From assembly GCA_004764695.1 (NCBI GenBank), contig SMSO01000006.1, positions 821,859 through 885,858 on the forward strand: a DNA stretch of 64,000 nucleotides. Direction: 5' to 3'. The notes under the pieces were generated by a model. The model made no database searches. It had not been told where the DNA came from and saw only the letters and a list, made by a program, of their open reading frames with translations. The number at the start of each line of letters is the position of its first letter. The first letter of the stretch is position 1. Shown in pieces: positions 53,490-64,000 of this stretch. The position numbers and the translations under genes were made by a program. Source of the DNA: Schizochytrium sp. TIO01. Taxonomy: Eukaryota; Protista; Bigyra: Labyrinthulomycetes.

Positions 53490-55490
53490 ATGTCGCATGT
53501 AGCTATGCCGCCGCCGCCGCCGCCGCCTGCAGCATCAAGCTCATCATCGAGTTCTTTAGGTAACTCGGTGACATTTGCTCCGCAGCCGCCGCGGAGCTCG
53601 AGCGTGAGAAGACAATGTCCGTCTAGTCGATGTGGATCGTTCAACTCTGAAGCGACCAGCGAGGGCATTTTCTGTGCAGATTGTGGTACCGTCATCGAGG
53701 AGAGTTCATTCGATCTTTCTGTATCTTTCACAGATAATCAGGATGGTTCTCGCTCCATGAATGGGCAGTTTGTGAGCAATATGAGCACAACCCCCTACAG
53801 ATTCTCCTCGGGAGGTGGTGTAGGTTACAGTCGCGAGTCTCGCGAGGTAACCATTGCGAATGGAAAGAAACGTATCCAGCATCTTGCGGCAGCACTTAAG
53901 CTCAACCACTTTGTCGATGCAGCACACCGACTTTTCTTGTCTGCTGTACAACGTAACTTCGTTCACGGCCGCAAGACAACCACGGTAGTTGCTGCATGTT
54001 TGTACATAGTCTGCCGCCAGCGTCAGGCGCCGCACTTGCTAATCGATTTTTCTGACGTGCTCCAAACAAATGTTTATGTCCTTGGTAACTGCTTTCTCAA
54101 ATTTCGGCGTCTTCTCAATCTGCAGCTCCCAGCTATTGATCCAGCACATTACATCGATCGCTTTGCCGCTAAATTAGAGTTCGAAGACAAAACGCACGAA
54201 GTTGCAAAAACGGCACACAAACTTGTTGCTCGTATGAAGCGCGACTGGATTCAGACGGGTCGCCGTCCCTCAGGTGTTTGCGGTGCCGCCCTTATTATTG
54301 CTGCTCGCATGCATGGTTTTCATCGTACCCAGCGAGAAGTAGTCAACGTTATGAAGATCTGTGAGGAAACCCTTCGTAAACGTCTTGTTGAGTTCGAGGC
54401 TACACCCTCTGGCAACCTTACTGTTGAAGAGTTCCTACAGGTCGAGCTTCCCGAGGAGGCCAACCCACCATCTTTTACTCGTAACCGTGATCGCGAAGCT
54501 AGGGCAAAGGAGCTCGAAGATCGCCGTCGTCGGCTTGGTCTTGGTAATCTTCGAGGAAGCTATCGCGATCATGGCGTACCTCTAGCATTGCTTGCCGAGG
54601 CCTCTACTTCTCAAGACGATACGCCTAACCCGCCCGAGGATGTTACCATCAGTCCATCGTCAGCGAGTGGTAAGCGGAAGCGGACACGTGCTGAGATCCA
54701 AGAGGAACGTGCTCGCGCACAGGAACAGCTTTACAGCTCTCTTGAGCGCGAATTAGAGCAAAGTCTTAGAAGCTTCGAAGAAGAAGAGGCTGCCAGAGCT
54801 GCAGAGGAAGCTCAGAAGGCATCCGGGCTTGTAACAACTCAAGCCGAGCTTGGAGCACCTGGTACTACACAAGAAGCTGGCAGCAACGCTGCCACGAGTG
54901 TTAGAACAGTCAATAACATTGGAGAGGGCGATAGCAGCCAAGGTGAATTGGCTGGTGAATCGCAAGCTACGCAGGCATTTGCTAGTTCCCAAACGCAAGA
55001 AATCAATGCGGAAGAAAACACTAATGCCAGTGCTAAGGACAAGGATTCTGAAGACTCTGCGGAGGATAATCAAACGCAATCTATTCGTGATAAATCAACA
55101 CCTAAGGAACCCTCGGTGTTTGCAAATAGTAGCCACGACGCTGCACCTCTTCCACCAGCTGTTATTGCGGACAACGAAGATGACCCTGCATCAGCAGAAG
55201 CTGAAGACGATCTTCTTTTTCAGGATGATGTGGACTGTCTTGTGCTTAAACCAGATGAATCACGTGTTAAGAAGGTTCTCTGGCAAGTGCAAAACCGCGC
55301 CTATCTTGAAAAGGAACGTCAGGATCGCAAGGAGGGCAAGGTGAAGCGGAAGCGGAAGCGTAGGCCTCGCCAAGACCAGGATGGGGAAGGTGGATTTGGT
55401 GAATCCTCTCAGCGTACAATTCCGGAAGCAAACAAGCGCATGTCTAGGAAAATCAACTATGAGCATTGGCAGAAACTTTTTCAGAGTTAA
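53490..55490 (+). CDS. BRF1: Transcription factor IIIB 90 kDa subunit BRF1
   Basis: Zn ribbon (CPSSRC...CADCGTVIEE), SRESREVT, two cyclin folds (GRKTTTVVAACLYIVCR, IDFSDVLQTNVYVLG, RMKRDWIQTGRRPSGVCGAALIIAARMHGF), PPSF, and BRF1 C-terminal blocks (KKVLWQVQNRAYL, SRKINYE). Confidence 0.96.
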   Translation: MSHVAMPPPPPPPAASSSSSSSLGNSVTFAPQPPRSSSVRRQCPSSRCGSFNSEATSEGIFCADCGTVIEESSFDLSVSFTDNQDGSRSMNGQFVSNMSTTPYRFSSGGGVGYSRESREVTIANGKKRIQHLAAALKLNHFVDAAHRLFLSAVQRNFVHGRKTTTVVAACLYIVCRQRQAPHLLIDFSDVLQTNVYVLGNCFLKFRRLLNLQLPAIDPAHYIDRFAAKLEFEDKTHEVAKTAHKLVARMKRDWIQTGRRPSGVCGAALIIAARMHGFHRTQREVVNVMKICEETLRKRLVEFEATPSGNLTVEEFLQVELPEEANPPSFTRNRDREARAKELEDRRRRLGLGNLRGSYRDHGVPLALLAEASTSQDDTPNPPEDVTISPSSASGKRKRTRAEIQEERARAQEQLYSSLERELEQSLRSFEEEEAARAAEEAQKASGLVTTQAELGAPGTTQEAGSNAATSVRTVNNIGEGDSSQGELAGESQATQAFASSQTQEINAEENTNASAKDKDSEDSAEDNQTQSIRDKSTPKEPSVFANSSHDAAPLPPAVIADNEDDPASAEAEDDLLFQDDVDCLVLKPDESRVKKVLWQVQNRAYLEKERQDRKEGKVKRKRKRRPRQDQDGEGGFGESSQRTIPEANKRMSRKINYEHWQKLFQS

Positions 55491-55837
55491 TTACTTTTGG
55501 GTTTTGCCAAACCGAGTATAATTCCCTGCTGATTGTATGCTCGAATTATTTTCTTTGAACCTCTTGATCTTGACATACAAAAGTACATATAAACACAGTC
55601 GCTTGACATACATGCATAAAATACCTTCATTCATACTTACTTTTAAATCTATTTCTGCTCATTCTTTAGCATTTATTTTTTTCCTATCCCTTGTTTTTCG
55701 GCTCTTTTTCCTACTCACTCTCGCCGAGGTTGGAGCATCACATCTCTTGCTGCTAATAGGAATTACAAACTGTAAAATTATGATTGCAAGACCCTATATG
55801 TATATATCTAGAATCTTCTGATATAGTGAACATAATA

Positions 55838-56731
55838 TTATTTGTGTTTTTGGTATCGGCGCTTTTGAACCCGAAGCTGCTGTGCATTTTCAACCTTGTC
55901 ACCAATGACTCTAGCTTTGGCCAAGCCTTTGCGAAGTTTGAAGTTTGCTGCAGCCTTTATCTTTTCAATATTGGCGTACTCTTTTTCGATGAGGTAAACA
56001 ACACTTTTATTTGCTGCCACGTCGATTGCTTTCCGACCACGATGATTCTCCAGGTCCAAAACCATGCGCGTGCTCCCAGTTTTTGCCTTTTCGGAAAAGT
56101 GTAATAGGTGATGAATCATACTGCCACGCCCTTTACGCGCACACCAGTGAAAAATTGTATCTCCTTGCATATCCTGACAGTCAACACGAGCTCCATCTTG
56201 CAATAGTCGTTTGCAAGCCTCAAGATGCCCTGCACGAGCAGCCTCGGCAAGGGGGGTTGTGCAGCTCAACGACGAATCTATAGCATTGACGTTTGCCCCA
56301 ACTTCCAAAAGAAACTCAAGACAGCATAAAGAACCCCAAAAAGCAGCAATGTGAAGCAAAGTACGACCTCCATCTTCTGGAGCCTTGCTACGTAGCTCGA
56401 GCATATGTTTGCTACCTTCAATGAGAAAGTGAGCTCGCAGAATGTCCGAATCATCCGCCCGCACTGCCTTGAAAGGGCACGGATCTTCAGCTTCAGCGAG
56501 CAGCACACGGGCTACTTGCCGCTCTTGAATCTCTGCAGCAGTGTCGTCATTACCTTGGTCCACACTCGCACGCGCCTCAGTGATACGGCGTTGTCTTTCT
56601 CGCGTTGCTTCCGCAGCGGCTCGCTGTTTTGCCGCTTCACGAGCTTCAAGTTGCTCCAAGGTTTCTCCACCTTCACCTCTAGGCAGGGAAGAAGCCGAGG
56701 TCGGTTCAGGGGTCATGGCCTCCCCCATCAT
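55838..56731 (-). CDS. Ankyrin-repeat protein with N-terminal coiled coil and basic C-terminus
   Basis: GRTLLHIAAFWGS...LLEVGANVNA, TTPLAEAARAGH...LLQDGARVD, GDTIFHWCARKG and NHRGRKAIDVA. Confidence 0.9.
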   Translation of the reverse strand: MMGEAMTPEPTSASSLPRGEGGETLEQLEAREAAKQRAAAEATRERQRRITEARASVDQGNDDTAAEIQERQVARVLLAEAEDPCPFKAVRADDSDILRAHFLIEGSKHMLELRSKAPEDGGRTLLHIAAFWGSLCCLEFLLEVGANVNAIDSSLSCTTPLAEAARAGHLEACKRLLQDGARVDCQDMQGDTIFHWCARKGRGSMIHHLLHFSEKAKTGSTRMVLDLENHRGRKAIDVAANKSVVYLIEKEYANIEKIKAAANFKLRKGLAKARVIGDKVENAQQLRVQKRRYQKHK

Positions 56732-56885
56732 ATCTCAGGCACCTCACAATCAGCGTCTCTAACACGTGAGTGCGAATTTGTGCAATGCAATGCAATGGCC
56801 ATGCGAAATGCGCAATGTGGTCTTCGTTCTCGTATATGACAAGAAATCTAAATCACCATAGTAGGTAGTTACTAATCGCCGCAAA

Positions 56886-56926
56886 GTACTTTCTAGGTGT
56901 GTACTTTCTAGGTGTGTACTTTCTAG
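56886..56926. repeat. 15-bp tandem repeat (GTACTTTCTAGGTGT x ~2.7)
   Basis: Directly visible, ~150 bp upstream of the ankyrin gene. Confidence 0.85.
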
Positions 56927-57779
56927 CTTTCTCAAAAGGGAGTCTAGGCTCGTCGATTCAAGTCGTGAGTTCAACATATTGTGATGGATGATTGTGAAAC
57001 TTTGTCTTGTCATATGAAGAGTTATCATCAGCATCAAATTCGATTTTACTCTACCAGCCCATATGTTGTTTATTGCATAGAATGTTTTACCTCGCAAATC
57101 CGCAGACTAACATCAGCATTATTGCAATCCAAAATTTGAACGAAAATATATAACTTGAGCCTATAGATATACGCCGATCCCTTTCAAATTGTTTTATAAA
57201 ATGAAGATGTGAAGATATCTAGTAAAACAGAAAGTAAAGTATAGAAAGAAAAAATCAAGTCAGTTCTCAGTAAAAATGCTCAGCACGTAAAGGCAGTCAA
57301 ACAGAAAGACTGTTTAACAACATTCTTGGCTTAAAGCAACCAGATAACGCAACTATGTCATTGACTTTTTGATCTTAAGCAGTAGAAACACGTACTTTTA
57401 GAAATAAGACTGTGTATTGGAAAAGAATCTTCATGTCACTACAGCTTTCAAAGAGCGAAATACACTGCAAAAGACATTGGTAATTATTACACATCAAATG
57501 AGCGCAATAGCTGCACTTCCATGGGCATTGGTGTCATTTGGTCATACAAAACTAGATCTAGAAGCGTATGGCATCTTATAACGATAGTGTGGGCAGTAAA
57601 AGAGGCATAAAGTCGTCAAGTTATATAATTACAAGATTTAGGATTAGCCGTGTTTGCTGAAAGTAACAATGATTCATTCTCAACTATTGCTTATCTATAG
57701 GTCAGGAAATAATGGCAATCATGTGAGCAAATAAGCGGTACTTGTTGTTCTAATAAGGAGAGCTTCGACGAAGTGTATC

Positions 57780-59162
57780 TCAATTTTGAGGCGCCAAACT
57801 AGCATGCCATATCTGCAGATTGACCAATGCCTGCACACACATGAGTGATAACATGGGTAGCAGAGGAAGTCTAGCTGGTCGAACCTCGCAAAAATGATAC
57901 CCATGATTCCACCCTATCGAATCTTTGACTATGTCAGCTATTAAACTTTGAATTAAAAGAAAAAACAACTTAGACAAAGTTAATGAAGGTGTCGACCCTG
58001 GAAGACAAAAGACGAACACTGCGGCTTCTAAAGTTGCAATTTTTTCCGAGATCTCAAGATGCACCATCAGGACCGACACACTTTCCTTTGTTATGCCTTT
58101 GACTTTTCTTCGCAGATACATAAAGGTGTAAAGCTCCAGGATGTCAACTCCGAAATTGCTTAATGCCGCAATAACAAACGCAGTATATGAGGAGCTTGTG
58201 AGTAACACCACACGTGCCGGTACAATGAGCACTGTTTCCAGATTTAAAAATCGATAGATTCGCTGGCTTTGGGAAAGTACGCGTCCATGATGCGCTCTTT
58301 TATTTAAGGCTCTTGCTGTACGTTCAGAAGTCAATCTAACAAGAACCTGGAAGATTGGCATAATAAGGCCTATGACAAAGATCTCTAGAACGCGAAGACC
58401 TTCACGGGTAATAATTGCGTCCAGACTCGTGTAAACTGCTGGATAGCTAAGTAACACAGCAGATATCAACGGAGTTAGGCAGCTTTTAGCGAAGCGCATG
58501 ATGGTAAATTTTTTGCAGTATCGAATCAAAGAAAGACTCCAAGCTATTAAAGAGCATATCAGTATTGCAGGATCCTCAACAAATGATGGATCTCGATAGG
58601 TCTTGATCGTGTATATTAAGCAGCCCCACATGGTACATGCGAGAACGCAACGTATGATGAGCATGCGTTCAATTCGATTTCCCCAGGAAAAGGAGAAGCT
58701 GAGGCTAATGTAATAGATGATTGACAAGGGTGCCAAAATTGCAATGTGTGGTGAGCTTGGTCTTCGTCTCGTAACATATTCAATCAAATTTGCATCTGAG
58801 TTGTTCAGAGTCAGCTCTACGATAAATGAACCAAGGAACCCCAATAATGTACAAACTACTCCGCCTATACATATTTTGATAGCAAAAATGGTAAACTCAA
58901 CCTGACGCCTGAAAAGTATCCCATAGTCCAGTTTACTGCCATCTGGTTTGCCAAATATTTCGTGCAGAGTCCCGCTGGTCAGACCGTGGCTCTGAACGAC
59001 GTCCTCGGCGGTGCCCAAACCCGTAACTAATTCACTGCCACTGGCATCCGACGTAAATGATGATGCTTGTTCTTTATTTTCAATAACATCATCATCCGTG
59101 GCAGCTGTGCCACTTGATGCATTTAATGGTGCCACACTCGCACTTCGACTCAACCAGGTCAT
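57780..59162 (-). CDS. Multi-pass membrane protein (~8-10 TM), function unknown
   Basis: 460-aa ATG-initiated ORF with a Ser-rich N-terminus followed by many hydrophobic helices. No family motif recognised. Confidence 0.75.
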   Translation of the reverse strand: MTWLSRSASVAPLNASSGTAATDDDVIENKEQASSFTSDASGSELVTGLGTAEDVVQSHGLTSGTLHEIFGKPDGSKLDYGILFRRQVEFTIFAIKICIGGVVCTLLGFLGSFIVELTLNNSDANLIEYVTRRRPSSPHIAILAPLSIIYYISLSFSFSWGNRIERMLIIRCVLACTMWGCLIYTIKTYRDPSFVEDPAILICSLIAWSLSLIRYCKKFTIMRFAKSCLTPLISAVLLSYPAVYTSLDAIITREGLRVLEIFVIGLIMPIFQVLVRLTSERTARALNKRAHHGRVLSQSQRIYRFLNLETVLIVPARVVLLTSSSYTAFVIAALSNFGVDILELYTFMYLRRKVKGITKESVSVLMVHLEISEKIATLEAAVFVFCLPGSTPSLTLSKLFFLLIQSLIADIVKDSIGWNHGYHFCEVRPARLPLLPMLSLMCVQALVNLQIWHASLAPQN

Positions 59163-60880
59163 GGCATTGCCAAAGACGCACCGCGCGCTTATCCTTCATG
59201 CGCCACTTCTAGTTGGACATGATTCCAATGAAGAAGTTCTGGTTCATCTATATCGCGTGACTTTATTGCTTTGATGGTGTTTCTTGCCATTTACGGCATC
59301 AACGAGGAGGATATGTAGTAGTGTATTCTGCCCGCTTCCGTACTAAGAGGTTAAAATAATTCTCAGATGGGCACTCAGCCGGTTCCTTTACTACGTAGTT
59401 CAGTTCAATTTGCTTACAAAAAGCTTTTCTAGGGTCGGTCGACAGACCACAACCTTTTCTAATTATTTCCTGTTTCTTGAAAAGGAAAGGACGTTTTATA
59501 TTTAATGACCTGTTTCTATTCCGTTGAGGAGCCTCCCGCTGCTTCTTTTACAGCCTCAATGGTTTTTACCTTTCTTGTTTCTTTCTACCAGTAGTCCTTT
59601 CTATTGGATTATCATGCTGCCTACTACATACTAACGAAAACGCATTTTCTCTCCTTTTATACACAGGCCTTTAAAACAGACAAAAACAAAAACACAAGAA
59701 ACAAAGCAAAACACCACCGTAGTTCTCTACATCACTGTCTGTTGTACTAACACATTGTGCCACATTTTTTTTTTCTCAACTCCAGTGAAACATGGTCTGT
59801 GGTACTTACAACCCTCTCTGGTATAAAATGGGCACTTGTAAGTTTAATTATAACGGAAAGAATACTGATCTAGAATGGAAGAATTCAAGTCTTTTTCAAA
59901 GTATGTACACTAGGCTGCCGCATCCAGATACCGGTCTTTGATTAATTCTATCGAAAGGTTTTACTTTTGTGTCTTGAATGGAGTTGTAGGTAATACCCGG
60001 TTTTTACAATGCTAACCAAAGGTACTTTCTACCTTGTATTGTGCAGAACATAAATTATAGAAAATGCGATATTGGCAAATCGACCCACATATTCTGTTAC
60101 TTCAGAATAATTGCGACAAGAGAACCTGCATGGCGAAGGCCCGGCCACGCGGGCGAGCTCGCAACTAGGGACGGATTGAAACTATCTACATGTTCTCTGT
60201 CTTTAACACAAGAGGAGAAAGTTGGCAGCCACATTCTTTATCATATTTAAAAACGCTTACTCACAGAAGAAAGGATTGAGACAGTAGTGGTACCTACTCA
60301 CATCTTGTAACGATATAAGGTTTACGGCGAACCCGGAGGCTGTAACGCTGAGCCTAAGCTACTTGTGGTAGATTAGAAAGTGCTCTCTAGCGCTAGAATA
60401 ACTCCATTTCAAGATTGTAAGCACCCAGAACCATGTCTCAGTAGCTACCAAAATACTGGCCTTTCAGTTTCATACTAAAGATTGGCTTGCAGCGCTTTAC
60501 TGTGCATAGCCTCGTAAGGTACTACATAAATAGAAGAAGATGTTTGTTGTCTTTTTGACGTTATTATTATTCTTTTTAAAAATCATTTAAAGGATAGTTG
60601 AAATTCAAGAAATGGGAAGGCAAAATTGTATAGGCTTCTAAGCTTAAAATTGCTTGAAATGATTGCATCAGATGATCAGAGCACCCAATACCAGTTTGAA
60701 GCTTCGCTTGTTGAATACGGATAAACTATTAATCCTCAATTATTCATTTACCTGTTTCCTGTTTTATTCTAGTAATACAGTATATTTACACATGCTCAAG
60801 CCTAGATGTAGGTAGATGCTAAGCGACGAATAACTTTGGTCCACCTACCGGTACTAGGCACAGTAAGGGTGGATGTATAT

Positions 60881-61735
60881 CTATACAACTGCAACTTGGT
60901 CGGCACCCACATCTTGATCATCTGAGAGACTTATGCGTTTGGATGACTGTTTTATAGAGTCATTCCTTGGATGGCTACTTCCCTGTGAATTTCTTGATTT
61001 CTGGCCGCCGCGGTCGTAAGCAACGAAAATACATATCATGTGTATCTGCATGTCAAAATCACCCATATATTTTGCCAGTTCTGGTTGTAAGAAAATTTGG
61101 ATTGTCGTGCAGATTGTGAAGCAAAGAGGTATGAACGCAAGGCGAAGAATGCGCCGAAGCGCGGCATGAGCATCATTATGGGTAGAAAACAAGCTATTGC
61201 GAATATGCTTCACGTAAAAAAAAAGAAGCATAGCAAAAGTTGCCAAGTCTGCCAAGGTGAACATGATCTCATCTAGGTATACCCAAATGCCGCGGCCAAA
61301 ATAGGGGATACAAGTCCCGTTCTCAAGAGAGCTACTGTATACTAGGATAGCTTTTCCAATGTTTACAAGAAAAACCACAAACAGGTAGCATTTGAGAACG
61401 AATGTAATGTGCTTAAACCACGGGTGTTGCAGCGGCCCGTTCAGCAAGAGGTCAACACGTAGGCAGTACAGGTAGCCTGTGAGTACTTTACTCATATAGT
61501 ACGATGCTGCGAGCAGGTTCAGTGCAACTGGGCATATAATGGGCATCAACAGCACAACAAAGGTCATCAAAATATTGAAGAACACAATAAGAGAAAGCAC
61601 GAACGCGAGTCTGCGTCGAAGCCATTTATGAGGCACCGACATAACTGTTGTTATCACGTCTCCGCCCACTGCAAACACGATTGCTAGGCCCAGCAGCCGT
61701 ATCCAAACCTGAACGTTCATGACAATTACAGCCAT
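60881..61735 (-). CDS. Putative 7TM (GPCR-like) membrane protein
   Basis: 284-aa ORF with ~7 hydrophobic segments, Cys before TM3 (IICP) and in the putative ECL2 (NGTC), Arg at the end of TM3 (YLYCLRV) and a Ser-rich C-tail. Confidence 0.7.
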   Translation of the reverse strand: MAVIVMNVQVWIRLLGLAIVFAVGGDVITTVMSVPHKWLRRRLAFVLSLIVFFNILMTFVVLLMPIICPVALNLLAASYYMSKVLTGYLYCLRVDLLLNGPLQHPWFKHITFVLKCYLFVVFLVNIGKAILVYSSSLENGTCIPYFGRGIWVYLDEIMFTLADLATFAMLLFFYVKHIRNSLFSTHNDAHAALRRILRLAFIPLCFTICTTIQIFLQPELAKYMGDFDMQIHMICIFVAYDRGGQKSRNSQGSSHPRNDSIKQSSKRISLSDDQDVGADQVAVV

Positions 61736-62469
61736 CTTGCAAGTGCGTCTCCAAGCACTCTTTGCTAAACCCCACGGGGGCTCATCTAAGATCTGAGTTC
61801 TGGCTTTGCTTCCAATTCTACAGCACTCACCTGGCCCCCTAAAATGTAATGGGTTCTACCAGCCATTATGCCGACCTTAGTGCTTCTATCGATTCATCAA
61901 CCAACCAAAAGAACGAATTTTCAATTTTCGCTTCACCTCTTAAGGACTTCTCTTACCCAAACTCGCAGTCCCAGGCCTAACAACAGTTGAAAGACCTCTT
62001 TCTTTAGCGTTTGTTGAACTAGCCAAGTAGAAATAAATAAAGGGAGCAAGACTCGAAAGGCTGTCACCTCTGTTGCTCTGCAACAATCATTCGGCCCGAG
62101 CCCAGTGACGTTGATTTCTCTTCGCTTTTCGTTTCCCCGTGCAGTTAACTAACTGACCTCTGTCCTAGGCAGGCAGGTGCCGTCACTGGTTCGTACGGCA
62201 ACTTTTATTTATCGATTGATCTGTTGACTTACTCTTGCGTATTGTTTTGTTTGCTTTTGTTTCTTCAACTAACGCGGCTCTTTCTGTGAGACAAGAAATA
62301 AATCAAAGAAAAACTTTCAGCTTTCGGTGTTGGTGACCTTTCTTGTCACATTTTATTATCATTTCTTTCAATCAATGAAATTAAACCAACTATCATAGTA
62401 GTATAACATTACTTCTAAAATTATTTGACGAGTTCCTGCCAGTGCTAAGTCTGTTTATCGTTAGATAAG

Positions 62470-62509
62470 AAATAAATAATAATTAATTACTAAATAATAA
62501 TTAAATAAC

Positions 62510-62547
<38 letters not shown>

Positions 62548-62552
62548 CAACA
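62470..62552. repeat. (AAT)n/(AAC)n microsatellite
   Basis: Directly visible. Confidence 0.9.
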
Positions 62553-63283
62553 AGGTTTTCAATAAAAAGCCGGCTAGACACAGCTAGGACTCGCTTACCT
62601 TAAACGCCTTAGTCACTTGGCTCTCGTCCTTCTTCTAAGCTGTCTCAGGAACTCCGGACCTGCTGTACTGCTTGCTGATCGTCCTGGCGACGTGGGCAGC
62701 CTGCCCGCGTCGCAGTGCCCGGGTTGCGAAGGGCCGACCGGTTTAGTTTGGTCTGTGATCTCAACGTCTGCATGTCAGCTAGGCATTGATTGCGCTGTGC
62801 ACTGGAGACACTTCGAAGCGCTTTGTTTGGCTGGCCTAAGAACTTGAATGCCGCCATCGCCAAGGTTGCCGCTTTCGAAGCCCTTCTCCGGGGAAATTGA
62901 CGACAGCGGCGATGTCTGCTAGCACAAACCGGCGCCAGCGTGCGCTTGGGGCAGGGCACGTCGGCGACGCACCGATAGATGCTGCCTGCCTGCTCAGCCT
63001 TGCGAGGCTTGAGCCAAGAGCAGGTGCACTGCACAGTGTCTGCGGTTGACCGAAGTGGGCGGGCTGGCTACGGGCGACCAAAGAACCTCAACGCCTCGAG
63101 CAGCTTGAAGTAGCTTCTCCTTGGCAACCCGCCTGAAGGTAGGAGGTAGATGTTGACGAGGCCAGCGCACCTACGCAAGTCAGCTCGAATCAGCGCGGAG
63201 CATTTCATGCGCCAGACCTAGACCGAGCTCAAGGTAGTGCATTTCAAGATGAACTGCCAGAGCAGCATGCTGTTCATTTACAT

Positions 63284-63368
63284 CGTGCAGAGCAATGCAA
63301 TGCAATGCAGAGCAATGCAATGCAGAGCAAGGCGATGCAGAGCGGTGCAGCGCAAAGCAATGCAGCGC
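63284..63368. repeat. Degenerate pentamer repeat (TGCAA/TGCAG/AGCAA)
   Basis: Directly visible. A short related tract lies at ~56781-56797. Confidence 0.8.
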
Positions 63369-64000
63369 AAGCCAGCGAGCGCAGTCTACATGTATGAACG
63401 TAGCATGCGTGGTTGGTTGGCGGGTTAGCACTCTTCAGGAGGTCAGTACCGGCACGGCGAGCTCTGTGGCTTCGTGGAGCCAGGGTCCCGCTCACCTCAC
63501 GCACCATTTGCAAAGTGCGGCGCAGCAGAGCTAGGTGCCTCAGGCAAGCAAGCAAAAAGAGAGCGCGTGACCATGGATGAACACAAGGAGTGTCTATGGC
63601 GAGCCGTCGCCAGCGCTGCACGGGCCCGCAAGTTAGCTCCTGTGCTCCAAGCGAAACGCCTGACCAGACGGGATCTCTGTGACCTTCACAGAGGTCCTGT
63701 CGACCGATGTGGTCGGGCCATGCTCGTGCAGACCAGCTTCAACTGCAAAAGAGCGCCCCATGCCATAATGGCAGAGACCTTCGAGCGGAGTGACCTTCGA
63801 GCGGAGAACCTGCCAGAGAACGAACGTGAACTTATAATTTAACTTTTCATCGCAGTCCTCTGATTCCTGCTACTTTACCGTATTCTACCTCCCTGTGAAT
63901 GTCTTTGGCAGGTCGACAGAAGAGATGCGACGCGTGCACCTTTGAGATAAGCAGAATGCAGCAGCCCCTTCGTCTCTAGAGAAAGTCTCGGACGAAGATT

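Noticed and set aside
56886-56926. Short direct repeats as a CRISPR-like array (also 15882-15925, 35719-35770, 50441-50484)
   Set aside because: Head-to-tail repeats with no unique spacers, no cas genes, and a eukaryotic context.
63981-63991. GAAAGTCTCGG resembling the RNase MRP/P CR-I motif
   Set aside because: It lies at the window edge, so the complementary CR-V half cannot be assessed.
1-64000. tRNA/rRNA genes and intact transposons or endogenous viral genes
   Set aside because: No cloverleaf with proper A/B boxes, rRNA signature, or RT/integrase/transposase/capsid motif was recognised by eye. tRNAscan-SE and HMM searches would be needed to exclude them formally.

Overview
Eukaryotic, intron-poor genomic DNA with microsatellite-rich intergenic regions. 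It resembles a thraustochytrid (Labyrinthulomycete stramenopile), which is an inference from gene style and repeat content rather than a database match. Fifteen protein-coding loci are supported: proteasome lid subunit RPN5, a small divergent NF-YA/HAP2-like factor, a membrane-anchored protein with three pacifastin-like Cys repeats, two tandem TMEM151-family paralogs, flavohemoglobin, a 5'-nucleotidase, a Methyltransf_16-type SAM methyltransferase, a carnosine-synthase-like ATP-grasp ligase split by a +1 frameshift, a 2.2-kaa polycystin-1/REJ-like receptor, gamma-glutamyl phosphate reductase with a C-terminal membrane anchor, TFIIIB subunit BRF1, an ankyrin protein, a multi-pass membrane protein and a 7TM-like protein. 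The most notable items are these. (i) The frameshifted ATP-grasp gene has strong codon bias in both halves and hairpin-rich flanks. (ii) A ~15.6 kb gene-free region upstream of it alternates GC-rich islands with AT/microsatellite spacers, and several islands contain long nested helices that could be structured ncRNAs. (iii) The pacifastin-like module has a relocated cysteine. (iv) ProA appears tail-anchored. No rRNA, tRNA, CRISPR array or intact transposon was recognised.
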